DNA of 17,602 nucleotides from Archangium sp. (GTDB lineage: Bacteria; Myxococcota; Myxococcia; Myxococcales; Myxococcaceae): contig JANLPS010000196.1 of assembly GCA_031367385.1 (NCBI GenBank), positions 1 through 17,602 of the forward strand. The letters run 5' to 3'. Within the stretch, counting starts at the first letter, position 1; each line of letters starts with the position of its first letter. The notes under the pieces are model-generated. The model was not told the origin of the DNA. It ran no database searches and worked only from the letters and a program-made list of their open reading frames with translations. Below are positions 16,685 through 17,602 of this stretch, piece by piece. Both the position numbers and the translations under genes were made by a program.

Positions 16685-17602
16685 TCACGCGGCTTTGCGG
16701 GCCTCACCAGTGGCGAGGCGCTTGAGCAGCCGCAGCACCGCTCGCTCTTCGGGCTTGAGCGCGCCCTTGGCCCGGGTCTTCGCCATCGGCCCCAGCGCTC
16801 CGCCGAGATAGCCCTGCACCACCTCGGGGTGAATGTACGACTTGCGGCACACCGTCGGCGTGTTGCCCAGCTTCTGCGCGACGACCTTGATGCACTGCAC
16901 GACGTTCTTCTGTGCTTGGCCTTTGGTCGAGCACGCCTCGCACGCCCAGAGCGCCTGCGCCGCCAGAACGGTGCCGCCCCAGGTGCGAAAGTCTTTCGCG
17001 GTGAATTCTTCGCCGGTGATTTCGCGCAAATACGCATTCACGTCGGCCGACCCGATGGAGTGCTTGGTGCCATCGGGGTCGAAGAAGTGAAACAGCTCGT
17101 GCCCCGGCAGCTCCTGGCAGCGGGCGACGATCGCGGCGAGGCGGCGGTCTTTCACGTCAATCTCGTGCTCCTTGCCGCTCTTGCCCCGAAAGTGAAAGCG
17201 CAGCGTCGAGCCGCTGACATCGACGTGCCGCTGCTGCAGCGTGGTCAGCCCGGTAGGTCTTGTTCTGGCGCGCGTATTCTTCATTGCCGATGCGAATCAG
17301 GGTGAGCTCGAGCAGTTGCACCACGGTCGCGATCACCTTCTCGCGGCAGAGGCCTGGCCGGGCGAGATCAGCGTTCGTTCGCTCGCGAATTCGCTCGAGC
17401 GCCGAGCCGAACTGCACCATGCGGCGAAATTTGGTCGCGTCGCGCGAGGCCCGCCAATTCTCGTGGTACTTGTACTGTTTTCGCCTTCGCGCATCGCGCC
17501 CGGTCGCTTGAATGTGCGCGTTCGGGTTCGGGCTGATCCACACCTCGGTCCACGCCGGAGGGATCACCAACGACGCGATGCGCTTGAGCACCGCGGGCTG
17601 AC
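16685..17602 (-). pseudogene. Bacterial DNA topoisomerase IB, split by a single-base frameshift (pseudogene or sequence error); 5' end outside window
   Basis: ORF 17157-17591 carries IPPAWTEVWI, HIQATGRDARRRKQYKYH and LIRIGNEEYARQN. ORF 16685-17284 carries GLTTL, FRGKSGK, ELPGHELF, FTAKDFRTW and LGNTPTVCRKSYIHP. Removing one base at 17252/17253 joins them as NKTYGLTTL. Confidence 0.9.

Noticed and set aside
17157..17284. Programmed ribosomal frameshift in topIB
   Set aside because: No heptameric slippery sequence, no stop codon at the shift site and no precedent I know of; an indel is the simpler explanation.
1..17602. CRISPR arrays, tRNA/rRNA, IS elements, prophage or integrase genes
   Set aside because: No regularly spaced repeats, RNA-gene signatures or transposase/integrase motifs were seen. 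The tyrosine-recombinase-like catalytic residues at the right end belong to TopIB.

Overview
GC-rich bacterial window, possibly myxobacterial (inferred from the lipoprotein and cyclase types), with 11 long protein-coding loci. From left to right: the 3' part of a GAF/class III nucleotide cyclase, a degenerate double hotdog-fold protein, an MscS channel, glgX/treX, a zinc-metallopeptidase lipoprotein, ligD-ku (minus strand), treY-treZ, a secreted alpha/beta-hydrolase (minus) and a bacterial topoisomerase IB (minus; 5'-truncated by the window and split by a 1-nt frameshift). Most of the window looks like a desiccation/stationary-phase survival cluster: glycogen-to-trehalose conversion, NHEJ repair, TopIB and an osmotic release channel. 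The least explained part is the 200-bp interval 920-1119. It holds a TTGACA promoter with a perfect 7-4-7 palindrome in its spacer, a 26-codon Cys/His/Met-rich ORF missing from the ORF track, and mutually exclusive hairpins ending in a T-tract. Together these form a candidate leader-peptide attenuator upstream of a probably non-catalytic hotdog protein. No CRISPR array, rRNA, tRNA or mobile element was seen.
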